From: Candidatus Velthaea sp.
Lineage (GTDB): Bacteria > Vulcanimicrobiota > Vulcanimicrobiia > Vulcanimicrobiales > Vulcanimicrobiaceae
Length of the DNA: 60,330 nucleotides
Direction: 5' to 3'
Assembly (NCBI GenBank): GCA_965214935.1
Contig: CBDCCS010000005.1
Coordinates: 1 to 60,330 of the forward strand
Made by a program: the position numbers and the translations under genes. Shown here piece by piece: positions 44,252 to 54,257 of the stretch. The number at the start of each line of letters is the position of its first letter. Position 1 is the stretch's first letter. The notes under the pieces are model-generated. The model was not told the origin of the DNA. It ran no database searches and saw nothing but the letters and a program-made list of their open reading frames with translations.

Positions 44252-44911
44252 CTAACGTGAATAATATTCGACGATGAGCTGTTCGTCGACCGGAGTATCG
44301 ATTTGCTCGCGACTCGGTAGAGCGGTGACACGCGCCGAACTATCGTGCTCGTTGAACTCAAGCCACTCGGGGGCGCGGCGCGCCTTCGCCGTTTCGAGAT
44401 TTGCTTGGAAGATGAGCGATTTCATCGAGCGTTCGCCGATCGTGATGACGTCGCCGGCCTTCACGATGAACGACGGGATGTTCACGAGCCGTCCGTTCAC
44501 GCGGAAATGACGGTGCGTAACGAGTTGGCGCGACTGAGCTCGGCTCGACGCGAGGTTGAGACGATAGACCACGTTATCGAGACGGCGTTCGAGCAGCTGC
44601 AGAAAAACGCGCCCGGTTTGGCCGGGGACGCGCTGCGCTTCCCGAAAATAGTTCTCGAATTGCGTCTCGAGAACGCCGTAGTACTTACGCATCTTCTGCT
44701 TCTCGCGCAGTTGCCGGCCATATTCGGAAATCTTCTGGCGACCCTTGGTATTCTGGGTCTTCTGTCCGGGCGCCGTACCCCGGCGTTCGACCGCGCACTT
44801 TTTGGATAAGCAGCGCTCGCCCTTAAGAAATAACTTGATCTTTTCGCCGGTCTTGCTCGCGGCCGTCTCGCGACGGCAAATGCGACACACGGCTGCGGTA
44901 TAACGTGCCAT
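44252..44911 (-). CDS. rpsD: 30S ribosomal protein S4 (Zn-binding type)
   Basis: SEYGRQLREKQK, LERRLDNVVYR, IVEYYSR. Confidence 0.98.
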   Translation of the reverse strand: MARYTAAVCRICRRETAASKTGEKIKLFLKGERCLSKKCAVERRGTAPGQKTQNTKGRQKISEYGRQLREKQKMRKYYGVLETQFENYFREAQRVPGQTGRVFLQLLERRLDNVVYRLNLASSRAQSRQLVTHRHFRVNGRLVNIPSFIVKAGDVITIGERSMKSLIFQANLETAKARRAPEWLEFNEHDSSARVTALPSREQIDTPVDEQLIVEYYSR

Positions 44912-44929
44912 CTTTTCCTATAACTCCCG

Positions 44930-45325
44930 TTACACCCGGCGCCGTTTCGGCGGCCGGCAACCATTGTGCGGAATCGGCGTAACATCTTTAATCAAGGTGA
45001 TTTCAAGTCCGGTGGCCTGCAGCGAGCGGATCGCAGCCTCACGGCCGGCGCCCGGGCCCTTCACGTACACCTCGGCCTGCTTCATGCCGTGCTCCATTGC
45101 TTTTCGAGCGACGGCTTCGGCCGCCATTTGCGCGGCAAAGGGCGTCGATTTTTTCGAGCCTTTGAAGCCGAGATTACCGGCCGATGCCCAGGCGATGACG
45201 CTGCCTTGATTGTCGGAGATCGTTACGATCGTATTGTTGAAAGACGAATGAATGTGAGCGACGCCGGATCCGACGTTTTTGAATTCACGTTTCTTACGCG
45301 TCTTCGTCTGTTTCTTCGCGGCCAA
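44930..45325 (-). CDS. rpsK: 30S ribosomal protein S11
   Basis: [38 protein letters not shown] start behind GGGAG. Confidence 0.98.
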   Translation of the reverse strand: MAAKKQTKTRKKREFKNVGSGVAHIHSSFNNTIVTISDNQGSVIAWASAGNLGFKGSKKSTPFAAQMAAEAVARKAMEHGMKQAEVYVKGPGAGREAAIRSLQATGLEITLIKDVTPIPHNGCRPPKRRRV

Positions 45326-45492
45326 AAAAGGACTCCCGTCAGTATTTATCTTGCCCCGCACGGAACGAGCCCGGGGTGTCGTCGCCTCGACCGCCACGGC
45401 GTCCCGCGACGCACGTCCGATCTGTCACACATCCGCACGGCGAGAGCGGACACGGCGCGTGAGGCAGCGGCATCACGCAAAGCTAACGCCAT

Positions 45493-45522
45493 ATCTTACC
45501 CGTTGCGGCTGCCTGCGGTCAA
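45493..45522 (-). promoter_or_regulatory. Sigma-70 promoter for rpsK-rpsD-rpoA-rplQ
   Basis: TTGACC-18-TAAGAT about 170 nt upstream of rpsK; same spacing as the rrn promoter. Confidence 0.6.
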
Positions 45523-45748
45523 GCTTTCGGGGCCGCGGCCGGCAATCGGCCGTGTGATGGCGTTCGACGTCCTTTGTGCCGATACGACCATAAAATGCCG
45601 GCCGAGCAGCCGGCGCGGTTCCCGGAGCATGTAAACGCGTGGATAGGAGGCGGCCCAACCGTATGAAACGCAAACGCCGCAGGGCGGCCCGGCGGCGATT
45701 CTTCACGACGACACTGCTGACCGCAGCGCCGGTTGTTGGTATCTTGTA

Positions 45749-48412
45749 ATGCACCTGCAACCGAGCGTGGCCGCGCACACCGCTACGACCGCGCCGCTCG
45801 TCCGCTGGCTGGGCGCCATCGCAGATCAACAGAATTTTGCGCTCGCGCCGCCCGATGATAGTGCGCTTGCCGTCTCGATCGGGGCGCTACTCACGACGCT
45901 CGCGGCCGAGTTTTCCGAATATCGCGCCATTGCCGGCGGAGCACGTTCGGCCGCGCGGACGAACGCCGAAGAACTCGCACGCGTCGTACAGGCTACGCTC
46001 GAACAGGGCAGCCTAGTACGCGCGACCGCTTCGGCCGCCGGACAAGCCGGCCGGGGTGCCGAGCTCATGGCCGGAGCGGCTGACGCGCTGCTGGGTTTCG
46101 CGCAGGCGGCGGCCGGCTCAGCCAATGCTGCGGATACCGGCTTAGCCCAAACCGTCGGCGCGCTCGGCGAACTTCATTGCCGGCTCGACGAAGGCAGGAC
46201 GCCGTTACGCGACATGCGTTCGGCCACCGACGGCGTAGCGGACTTTTTGGTAACGCTCGCACGACTCTCGCGGCACGCTCAATTGCTCGCCGTCAACGCA
46301 TCGATCGAAGCGGCGCACTTGGCCGAAGCCGGTTCGCGTTTTGCCATTGTCGCTCAGGAAGTTCGGACGCTGTCGCGTTCGACGCGCGATTCACGCGCGG
46401 ACGTCGTCCGCATCGTGGCCGAGTTGCGCGAAGCGACGAATCAAGTTGCAAATGCGGGAGACGACTCGCTTGAAACAACCGCGGCCGCTTCACGTGAGAT
46501 TGAAGGTGCGGCCGAAGCACTTTCGCGGACCGGAACGGCGATCGCCACGTTCGAGCGGACCGTTATGACCGTCGCGGACGTTGCGGCAACACAAAGCATG
46601 GCGCTACAAGCCGTTACCACGGCGGTCGAGCAGATCGCGCAGCATGCCGACGCCATTACCGTTGCATCGCGCGAAGCGGGACAGCTCGATCTCGACGCAC
46701 TGCTTGCTCGAGCGGCTGCGAAAGCAGCGTGTTGGACCTTGCCGAGCGGACGCACCGCAACGTCCACGCAGCCGCGCGATGATGAATTCGGACGTTGGAT
46801 CGCGACGCTCATTGCCGGTCGTCCGGCAGCTGTAAACCGGCTCGAACGGCGACCGGAATTGGAATCGCTGGCTCGCGCCGTAGATTCACTTCTCACCCGC
46901 GTGAACGCCGATCAGCGCGAGGTGCTCGGCAGCGTCGTACAAGTCGCCGTCGCCGTTTCGCGCAACGGATACGTCTGGCGCTCGATTGGAGAATCGTTGA
47001 CGGGCGTCAGTCGTGAGATCGGGATCGTGCGCGAAACCGTCGACGAATCGACCCGCGGCGCGCGTACGTCGGCGGAGCTGGCACGACAGATGCGAACCCT
47101 CGTCGAGACTATCCGCGCGCAATACGACGAGGCCCTGGCTTCCCTTGAGATTGCGTTGGCGCGGATTACGCGCATCGCCGCGAGCGTTCACGGCATCGAC
47201 GGTTTCGTCGAATCGATGAACGGCGCTGCAAGCCGCGCCGAGCAGATCATGACGCTCATTGAAACGCTTTCATCGGAAACCGATCTTCTCTCGCTCAATG
47301 CAGCGATTGAAGCGGCACATGCCGGCGAAGCCGGCCGCGGTTTTAGCGTCATCGCCGAGGAAATCCGCGCGCTCGCTCGCTCGACGAACACGGCCACCGA
47401 AAGCGTGTCGCAACTTGTTGCCGACATCATGGTCATCGGCGGTACCTTGCAGTCATCAACCGGAACGGCAGCTAGCGCAACGCTCGATGTCACCGCGAGC
47501 GCGCAGCAAGTCCGCGACGCGATCGCCGCGCTGCGTTCGGCGTTCGATTCAGCGACGCAACGCGCACTCGACGTATCGGCGGCGGCCGCCGATCAAACGC
47601 GCGATCTCGATAGCGTACTACAAACGATCAACCGGACCTCGACGGCGTTCGAATCGAACGGGACATCCGCTACGGGTGCCGGACGCCTGCAATTAGCGAT
47701 GCTGGGCGCACGCGCACACGCAGTCGCTGCACGCCGGCCGATCGGAACGGCGATCGAGGGCGTGCGCACGTTCGGCGCAATGGTCTGCGAGCGCCTCGAA
47801 GCCGCGATCGAAGCAGCGCTCGCGGCAAATCGCGTCTCGCTCGAGTCGCTCTTCGATTTTCAATACTCCGAAGTTTCCGGTGCGCGAACGCTCTCGCTTG
47901 CACGCCTCTTCGACGTGTCGCGGGTTCCGGACAGCGGATTCACGCCGATAAAATATGCCACGCCGTGGGACGACCGGATCGATGCCGCCCTGTGCGACGT
48001 TTTGGAATCCGTCTACGACGCTGCCGCTGCTTTTTCGCCGGTCGCCATGTTCGTTTCCGATCTCAACGGCTTTCTTTACGCGTATCCGCACCGCAAGATC
48101 GCAGCCTGGACTAACGATCCGGCTGTCGATAATGCAAGCAATCGCATCAAGCGAATGTTCGAGGATGAGTATGCGCTGCGCGTCGGACGCTGGGGACTCG
48201 GCGAAGCCGCTGCGGACCTCGCACCGCGCACCACCTGGCAAACCTTTTGCCGATCGAATTGCAATCTCGAACGTGAAACAGAACGTCCGTGGGGTGCTTT
48301 CGTTTATGCGCGCGACACGAACGTCGTCTGCAATGAAGTCGTCATGGCGTTGTATGCCGGCGGACGCCGGCATAGCACCTTACGTATTTGCTACGACGCC
48401 AATGTAATCTAA
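45749..48412 (+). CDS. Soluble methyl-accepting chemotaxis protein with two signalling domains and a C-terminal putative sensor domain (start uncertain)
   Basis: Two tip motifs [28 protein letters not shown] and [28 protein letters not shown]; no obvious TM helix. Confidence 0.88.
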   Translation: MHLQPSVAAHTATTAPLVRWLGAIADQQNFALAPPDDSALAVSIGALLTTLAAEFSEYRAIAGGARSAARTNAEELARVVQATLEQGSLVRATASAAGQAGRGAELMAGAADALLGFAQAAAGSANAADTGLAQTVGALGELHCRLDEGRTPLRDMRSATDGVADFLVTLARLSRHAQLLAVNASIEAAHLAEAGSRFAIVAQEVRTLSRSTRDSRADVVRIVAELREATNQVANAGDDSLETTAAASREIEGAAEALSRTGTAIATFERTVMTVADVAATQSMALQAVTTAVEQIAQHADAITVASREAGQLDLDALLARAAAKAACWTLPSGRTATSTQPRDDEFGRWIATLIAGRPAAVNRLERRPELESLARAVDSLLTRVNADQREVLGSVVQVAVAVSRNGYVWRSIGESLTGVSREIGIVRETVDESTRGARTSAELARQMRTLVETIRAQYDEALASLEIALARITRIAASVHGIDGFVESMNGAASRAEQIMTLIETLSSETDLLSLNAAIEAAHAGEAGRGFSVIAEEIRALARSTNTATESVSQLVADIMVIGGTLQSSTGTAASATLDVTASAQQVRDAIAALRSAFDSATQRALDVSAAAADQTRDLDSVLQTINRTSTAFESNGTSATGAGRLQLAMLGARAHAVAARRPIGTAIEGVRTFGAMVCERLEAAIEAALAANRVSLESLFDFQYSEVSGARTLSLARLFDVSRVPDSGFTPIKYATPWDDRIDAALCDVLESVYDAAAAFSPVAMFVSDLNGFLYAYPHRKIAAWTNDPAVDNASNRIKRMFEDEYALRVGRWGLGEAAADLAPRTTWQTFCRSNCNLERETERPWGAFVYARDTNVVCNEVVMALYAGGRRHSTLRICYDANVI

Positions 48413-48495
48413 CGCCGCGCGTTCCGCCGGCGGCGCCGGTGCGATCGGTAATCGTCGCGTTGGCAACCGGCTCCGGCGGGAAAGAGCTTGCCGTT

Positions 48496-49335
48496 ATGAT
48501 TGCACATCTTGGTACCGGGCTCATGGGAGCGGCTTTCGTTCGCGCCGCACGCCAACGCGGCGAGGCGATCAATGTTTGGAATCGCTCGGCGGAAAAAGCT
48601 GCAGCGCTCGAAAGCGACGGCGCGGTTGCATTCCCCGACGCAGCCGGTGCAATACGCGGCGTTACGCGCATCCATCTAACGCTGTCCGACGATGAGTCGG
48701 TCGATAGCGTGCTCGAGCCGCTGGCCGATGCACTCGATCCCGGCGTACACATCATCGATCACACGACGACCGCCCCGACGCCGACTGCCGAGCGGTATGC
48801 GCGCTGGAGCCGGCGCGGCATCTTCTTCGCCCACGTCCCGATGTTCATGGGACCCAAGAACGCCCTCGAGCATACCGGCTTGATGCTTGTTTCCGGGCCG
48901 CCGGAACGCGTCGATACCATTCGACCGTTCATCGAGCCGATGACGGGCAAACTCGTCCACGTCGGGGCGGGCGACGAACGAGCGGCGGCGTTCAAGCTGT
49001 TCGGCAACATGATGCTGGTCTTCGTCGTATCGGGCTTGGCCGACATGTACAAATTCGCCCGGTCGCTCGGGATCGAGCCGACAGATGCGCACGCCCTCTT
49101 CAACGACTTTAAAATTACCGGAGCGGTCGACGTGCGCGGAAAGAACATGGCGGAGGCGAACTTCGCGCCGGCCTGGGAGCTATTCATGGCGCGCAAAGAC
49201 GTGCGGCTCATGCTCGAAGAAGGCGCGCTGCACGGCGTGCACTACAACACGCTGCCGCACATCGCCGAATTCTTTGATGCGGCCATTGCGGCGGGTCACG
49301 GCGCCAGCGACGTCGGCGCCGTCGCAGCGCTCTAA
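48496..49335 (+). CDS. NAD(P)-dependent oxidoreductase, beta-hydroxyacid dehydrogenase family
   Basis: HLGTGLMG, VWNRS, DHTT, FKLFGN (catalytic Lys), KDVRL. Confidence 0.88.
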   Translation: MIAHLGTGLMGAAFVRAARQRGEAINVWNRSAEKAAALESDGAVAFPDAAGAIRGVTRIHLTLSDDESVDSVLEPLADALDPGVHIIDHTTTAPTPTAERYARWSRRGIFFAHVPMFMGPKNALEHTGLMLVSGPPERVDTIRPFIEPMTGKLVHVGAGDERAAAFKLFGNMMLVFVVSGLADMYKFARSLGIEPTDAHALFNDFKITGAVDVRGKNMAEANFAPAWELFMARKDVRLMLEEGALHGVHYNTLPHIAEFFDAAIAAGHGASDVGAVAAL

Positions 49336-49337
49336 AC

Positions 49338-50288
49338 GTGCCGCTCTACTTAAGCGAGGTCGATGTCGGCGCAACGCTCGACATGCGCGACGCGCTCGAA
49401 TTGCTCGATGCGGCTGCGCGCAAGATCGCCGTCGGCGGCGCGATGAATGCTCCGCGGCAACGCGTGCATTCCGGCGGCGCGATGCTGCAGGTGCTTCCGG
49501 CGGCGCTTGATGGGCGGACGGGACACAAGTCGTACACCGTCGGTGAACGCGGCGCACGCTTTTGGGTGACGCTGTATGCAGCTAGCGGCGAAATGCTGGC
49601 GCTCATCGAGGCGAATCGCCTCGGCCAAATCCGGACGGGCGCTGCGTCCGGGATCGCAACGCGGTATCTCGCAAACGCAGCGGCCGCGTCGCTGGGCCTG
49701 ATCGGGACCGGATTTCAAGCGCGCACGCAAGTTGAAGCTGTCTGCCTCGTGCGACCGATCGCTGCCGTACGCGCTTGGGGTCGAGATCGGGCCCGGCTCG
49801 AGCGGTTTTGCACCGAGCTTAGCGCACGAATCGGCATCCCGGTTGAAGCCGCGGCAACGGCGCACGAGGTCATTCGCACCGCCGACGTGATCGTCACCAT
49901 GACGAGCTCGGAACGGCCTGTATTCGATGGCGATTGGCTACGTCCGGGAGCGCATGTCAACGCGGCCGGATCGAATCGCGCGAACGCGCACGAGCTAGAT
50001 GTAACGACAGTTCGGCGCGCGGCGATCGTCGCGGTCGAAGACCTCGCGCAAGCACAAATCGAGTCGGGCAACCTTCGCAACGCTGCAGACGCCGGCGCAT
50101 TCGACTGGAGCGCGGCGGTCACTCTGGCCGAACTTGCCGCCGGCAAAGCAGCGGGCCGTTCGGGCAGCGAGCAAATCACCTTGTTCGAGTCGCTCGGCGT
50201 CGGTATCTGGGACATCGCCGTCGCAAGCCACGTATACGACGCATGCATCGAAGCCGGACGCGGGACGGATCTGCCCTTCCCGGGTTAG
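49338..50288 (+). CDS. Ornithine cyclodeaminase/mu-crystallin family protein
   Basis: IRTGAASGIAT, IGTGFQA, GAHVNAAGS, ITLFESLGVGIWD. Confidence 0.9.
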   Translation: MPLYLSEVDVGATLDMRDALELLDAAARKIAVGGAMNAPRQRVHSGGAMLQVLPAALDGRTGHKSYTVGERGARFWVTLYAASGEMLALIEANRLGQIRTGAASGIATRYLANAAAASLGLIGTGFQARTQVEAVCLVRPIAAVRAWGRDRARLERFCTELSARIGIPVEAAATAHEVIRTADVIVTMTSSERPVFDGDWLRPGAHVNAAGSNRANAHELDVTTVRRAAIVAVEDLAQAQIESGNLRNAADAGAFDWSAAVTLAELAAGKAAGRSGSEQITLFESLGVGIWDIAVASHVYDACIEAGRGTDLPFPG

Positions 50289-50313
50289 AGTCCGCCGGTT
50301 CGCTACATCACCG

Positions 50314-50342
50314 TAGCGGCTGCCGACGCGAAGCCGCCGCTA
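50314..50342. terminator. Hairpin between convergent OCD-family gene and rpsM
   Basis: TAGCGGC...GCCGCTA inverted repeat; no strong U-tract. Confidence 0.4.
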
Positions 50343-50345
50343 TTG

Positions 50346-50726
50346 CTACTTCTTGGTGATCTTCTTCTTGGCAGCGACGGTCCGTTTGGGACCCTTGCGC
50401 GTGCGTGCATTGGTCTTGGTGCGCTGACCGCGAACCGGCAGGCCACGACGATGCCGTAAACCCCGGTAGCAACCGATGTCCGTCAACCGCTTGATGTGAC
50501 CGGCGACTTCCCGGCGCAGATCGCCTTCGACCTTGATTTTGCCGTCGATCGCTTCGCGCAGTTTCTGTTCGTCCTCAGCCGTCATATCTTTGACGCGAAC
50601 ATTCGGGTCAACGCCCGTTTGTGCGAGCAACTTTTGCGCCGTCGGCAAGCCGACGCCGAAGATGTACGTAAGCGCGACTTCGACCCGTTTTTCGCGCGGC
50701 AGATCGATACCGGAGATACGAGCCAT
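50346..50726 (-). CDS. rpsM: 30S ribosomal protein S13
   Basis: [36 protein letters not shown]. Confidence 0.99.
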   Translation of the reverse strand: MARISGIDLPREKRVEVALTYIFGVGLPTAQKLLAQTGVDPNVRVKDMTAEDEQKLREAIDGKIKVEGDLRREVAGHIKRLTDIGCYRGLRHRRGLPVRGQRTKTNARTRKGPKRTVAAKKKITKK

Positions 50727-50729
50727 CGT

Positions 50730-50846
50730 TTATCCTTGAACCTGCTTGTGTTTGGGGTTCACGCTACAAATAACGCGAACCTTACCTTCACGACGGATGA
50801 CTTTGCAATTATCGCACATGCGCTTGACTGACGGTCGGACTTTCAT
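50730..50846 (-). CDS. rpmJ: 50S ribosomal protein L36 (Zn-binding)
   Basis: [38 protein letters not shown]. Confidence 0.98.
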   Translation of the reverse strand: MKVRPSVKRMCDNCKVIRREGKVRVICSVNPKHKQVQG

Positions 50847-50974
50847 GTATGTGGCGCTCCGCCGGCATTCGCTCGTTCCCGCTTCGACGGGATGCGTTCG
50901 CTGCAAGCGGCCTTTCAATGTGGCTAGTGGAGTCGAGTGAGATTGACGAGTGAAGCACGCAATCGAAATCACCG

Positions 50975-51778
50975 CTATGCGGCAACTTCTTCTTTCGGCC
51001 GGAAACGATCGACATCCTGATGCTCGCCGGTATCGCGCAGCGTTAGAATGCGCGGACCCTCGTCGGTTATGGCGATGGTGTGCTCGAAGTGCGCGGCTAG
51101 CTTACCATCCTGCGTCACAACCGTCCAGCCATCGTCAAGAGTTTCAACGGTGAAGGTGCCTTGCGTTATCATCGGCTCGATCGCGAGGCATAGGCCCGAA
51201 CGAAGAACCGGGCCTTGTCCGGGCTCGCCGTAATTCGGGACTTGCGGTTCCTCGTGCATCTTAGTTCCGATGCCGTGGCCGACGAGATCGCGAACCACGC
51301 CGTAGCCGTGTCTTTCCGCATGATGCTGAACCGCCGAACCGATATCGGAAAGCCGGTTACCCTTCTGCATCTGCGCGATGCCGAGCATGAGGCACTCCTG
51401 CGTGACGCGCATGAGCGTCTGCGCCTCGTACGAGACATTCCCGATCGCGATCGTAACGGCCGAATCGGAAACGTATCCGTCGAGCGTCGTCCCGATGTCG
51501 ATCGATAGCAGGTCACCCTCGAGCAGGACACGCTGACCGGGAATTCCATGAACCACTTCGTCATTCACGGACGCGCAAATCGTGTGCTTGTAGCCGTGAT
51601 AGCCTTGGAAGGTCGGCACTCCGCCCATCGAACGGATCGAATCCTCGGCCAGGCGATCGACATCGCCTGTCGTCATGCCGGGCCGAACGGTCTTCATGAG
51701 CATCGACAACGTCTTCGAGGTAATTTTGCCGCTGCGCCGCATGATTTCAATTTCGCGCGGCGATTTTATGGTAATCAC
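50975..51778 (-). CDS. map: Type I methionine aminopeptidase
   Basis: [18 protein letters not shown]...HEEP, AIEPM, AHFEHT. Confidence 0.97.
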   Translation of the reverse strand: MITIKSPREIEIMRRSGKITSKTLSMLMKTVRPGMTTGDVDRLAEDSIRSMGGVPTFQGYHGYKHTICASVNDEVVHGIPGQRVLLEGDLLSIDIGTTLDGYVSDSAVTIAIGNVSYEAQTLMRVTQECLMLGIAQMQKGNRLSDIGSAVQHHAERHGYGVVRDLVGHGIGTKMHEEPQVPNYGEPGQGPVLRSGLCLAIEPMITQGTFTVETLDDGWTVVTQDGKLAAHFEHTIAITDEGPRILTLRDTGEHQDVDRFRPKEEVAA

Positions 51779-52425
51779 GCGGCGCTTACCGACAATCCCG
51801 GCAACGACGCGACGATCTGCCGGGTGACCTCATCGATATCTTGCAACGCATCGACGTGCACGCAATTACCGGCTCGCCCGTAATAGGCGACGAGCGGAGC
51901 CGTATTTGCGTTATACTCGCCTAACCGCGTATCGACGATTTCCGGCGTGTCGTCCGGCCGTTGAATCAGCGGACCGCCGTCTTCATCGTCGATACCCGCG
52001 TGTTGCGGCGGGCTGAAGGTCGCGTGGTAAACGCGACCGGTACGCGGATTCGTCCAACGGCCAACAATCCGGTTCTTGAGTACCGCTTGATCGACGTCGA
52101 AAACGACCGCCGTCGCCCGGTCGCCTTTCGTGCGCAAGATGTCATCGAACGCTTCGGCCTGCGCAACGGTGCGCGGAAAGCCGTCCACGATGACGTCACC
52201 GGCATCGACCAGTTCGTTTGCCATCATGCGGATGATGACATCGTCCGGCACCAGTGCACCACGATCCATGAACGCCTGCGCTTCAAGACCGAGCGGCGTC
52301 TTACGCGCTCGGTGTCCACGCAGCAAATCGCCGGTCGAAATCTGGCGATGCGCGAACCGGTCCTCGAGGATCTTTGCTTGCGTGCCTTTACCGGCGCCGG
52401 GCGGACCGATGAATATAAGAATCAT
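51775..52425 (-). CDS. adk: Adenylate kinase
   Basis: GPPGAGKGTQA, ISTGDLLR, DGFPRT, QRPDD. Confidence 0.98.
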   Translation of the reverse strand: MILIFIGPPGAGKGTQAKILEDRFAHRQISTGDLLRGHRARKTPLGLEAQAFMDRGALVPDDVIIRMMANELVDAGDVIVDGFPRTVAQAEAFDDILRTKGDRATAVVFDVDQAVLKNRIVGRWTNPRTGRVYHATFSPPQHAGIDDEDGGPLIQRPDDTPEIVDTRLGEYNANTAPLVAYYGRAGNCVHVDALQDIDEVTRQIVASLPGLSVSAA

Positions 52426-53711
52426 TACTTTTTGATGAAGCCGCGATAGTCGCGCATGGCCAAGCGCGCTTCAATCTGCGTGATCGAGTCGAGCGCTACA
52501 CCGACGATGATGAGCAGTGACGTCGACCCGATGTACAGGCCGTTCAACCCGGCATTCCGTTGAAGCGACGGCAACACGGCAAGAATGCCGAGATAGATCG
52601 CAGCAGCCGTCGTAATCCGCAATAAGATTTTGTTGATGTAATCGACGGTCGGCTGTCCCGGACGAATGCCGGGAATGAACGAGCCGGATTTTTTGAGATT
52701 GTCGGCAATGTCGCGCGTGTTGACGACGACGGCAGAATAGAAAAACGTAAACGCGACGACGAGTAAAAAGTATACGACGTTGTATAACAGCGTATTCGGG
52801 CCAAAGTAGGTTTGCATGAACAGCGCCGTCTGCGTGGCCCAACTCGTCGAGCCGTGTTGAAACCAGGTCAACGCTTGATTCGGCAGCACGAGAATCGAGA
52901 TCGCGAAAATGATCGATATGACGCCGGCATTGTTGAGCCGCAACGGAATGTAGCTCGAACGCCCGGCAAATAACTTTCGTCCCACTACCCGGCGCGCTTG
53001 CTGCACCGGAATTCTGCGCTGACCTTGATACAAAAAGACGATCGACACGATCGTAATCAACGCGATCACGAGAAAGATGATGAGCCCGAAGTAGTCGACG
53101 TTTCCGCGCGCGGAGAGTGAAAACGTCTGCGCGACCTGAGACGGAAAACGAAGCACGATACCGACGAAGATGATCAGCGAAATTCCGTTGCCGATGCCCT
53201 TATCGGTGATCTGCTCGCCGAGCCACATCAAAAACATCGTACCGGAGACGAGCGCGACGATCACGTAAGTGATGAACAACCACGAGGTATCGTAGAACAC
53301 GTTAGCCCGGCTCATGTTAATCGTCATCGACGTCGCCTGGACGAATGCCAGCACGATCGTCAGCCAACGCGTGTACTGACTGATCTGCTTGCGGCCTTCC
53401 TCGCCGCCTTTCTTGGCCAGCTCCTCGAGTTGTGGAATCACGACGGTCATCAATTGCATGATGATCGATGCGTTGATGTACGGCGTGATGCCCATTGCAA
53501 TGACCGACAGACGTTGCAGCGCACCGCCGCTCAAGAAGCCGAGAAAATTATAGAACGAACCGCTCTGCAGCAGCTGTTGCCAGACCGCGATGTTCACGTT
53601 CGGAATTTGAACGTGAATCATGAACACGAAAACCGCGAACGCGAAGAACACGAACCCGATCCGCTTGCGAATATCCGGGACGAGCAGTGCGTTACGCAGC
53701 GAGTTGAGCAA
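52425..53711 (-). CDS. secY: Preprotein translocase subunit SecY
   Basis: GITPYINASIIMQL, WLGEQITDKGIGNGISLII, FIPGIRPG. Confidence 0.98.
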   Translation of the reverse strand: MLNSLRNALLVPDIRKRIGFVFFAFAVFVFMIHVQIPNVNIAVWQQLLQSGSFYNFLGFLSGGALQRLSVIAMGITPYINASIIMQLMTVVIPQLEELAKKGGEEGRKQISQYTRWLTIVLAFVQATSMTINMSRANVFYDTSWLFITYVIVALVSGTMFLMWLGEQITDKGIGNGISLIIFVGIVLRFPSQVAQTFSLSARGNVDYFGLIIFLVIALITIVSIVFLYQGQRRIPVQQARRVVGRKLFAGRSSYIPLRLNNAGVISIIFAISILVLPNQALTWFQHGSTSWATQTALFMQTYFGPNTLLYNVVYFLLVVAFTFFYSAVVVNTRDIADNLKKSGSFIPGIRPGQPTVDYINKILLRITTAAAIYLGILAVLPSLQRNAGLNGLYIGSTSLLIIVGVALDSITQIEARLAMRDYRGFIKK

Positions 53712-53719
53712 GCGCGGTC

Positions 53720-54247
53720 CTATCCTTCGGCGGCGGGATCTTCGAACGTCGCGCCGGCCGCTGCCAGCGCTTCGCGCGCCGAAGCCGAAAACGCAATGTC
53801 ACGAAAGCGCAAACCGGCCGGCAGCGTCTTACCGCTTTTCGCGCCGCCCAGGATCTTCACGCCGTCACGCAATGCTTTGAGCTTCCGTTGCGCCTTGAGC
53901 GATTGCGGTGAGACTTCGTTTGCCGGATCCCAATCGGCGAGATCCGCGAGATTGATCACCGCGAATACCTGGCCGAAATGACCGATGTCGCGACCCTTTT
54001 GCGAATAGCCCCGATTGTGCGGAAGACGCCGCGCCCAAGGCGTTTGACCGCCTTCAAAAGCCGGCCCCTTCCCACCGCCCGACCGAACCGTCTGGCCTTT
54101 GCCGCCTTCGCCGCCGGTTTTCACCATGCCCGAACCATGACCGCGACCGATTCGAACCCGCTTCGGGCGCGAATGCGTGTTGGGCTTGAGGGCGGCCAGC
54201 GTGTACGCCGAACCGGGCGCCGGATTCGTAACGGATGTGTCTGCCAT
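53720..54247 (-). CDS. rplO: 50S ribosomal protein L15
   Basis: RIGRGHGSGMVKTGG, FEGGQTP, FSASA. Confidence 0.96.
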   Translation of the reverse strand: MADTSVTNPAPGSAYTLAALKPNTHSRPKRVRIGRGHGSGMVKTGGEGGKGQTVRSGGGKGPAFEGGQTPWARRLPHNRGYSQKGRDIGHFGQVFAVINLADLADWDPANEVSPQSLKAQRKLKALRDGVKILGGAKSGKTLPAGLRFRDIAFSASAREALAAAGATFEDPAAEG

Positions 54248-54257
54248 GTGCGCTATC

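Noticed and set aside
45326..50345. Mobile element or genomic island as the cause of the rpsM-rpsK split
   Set aside because: No recombinase, terminal inverted repeats or target duplication seen; composition looks like the host
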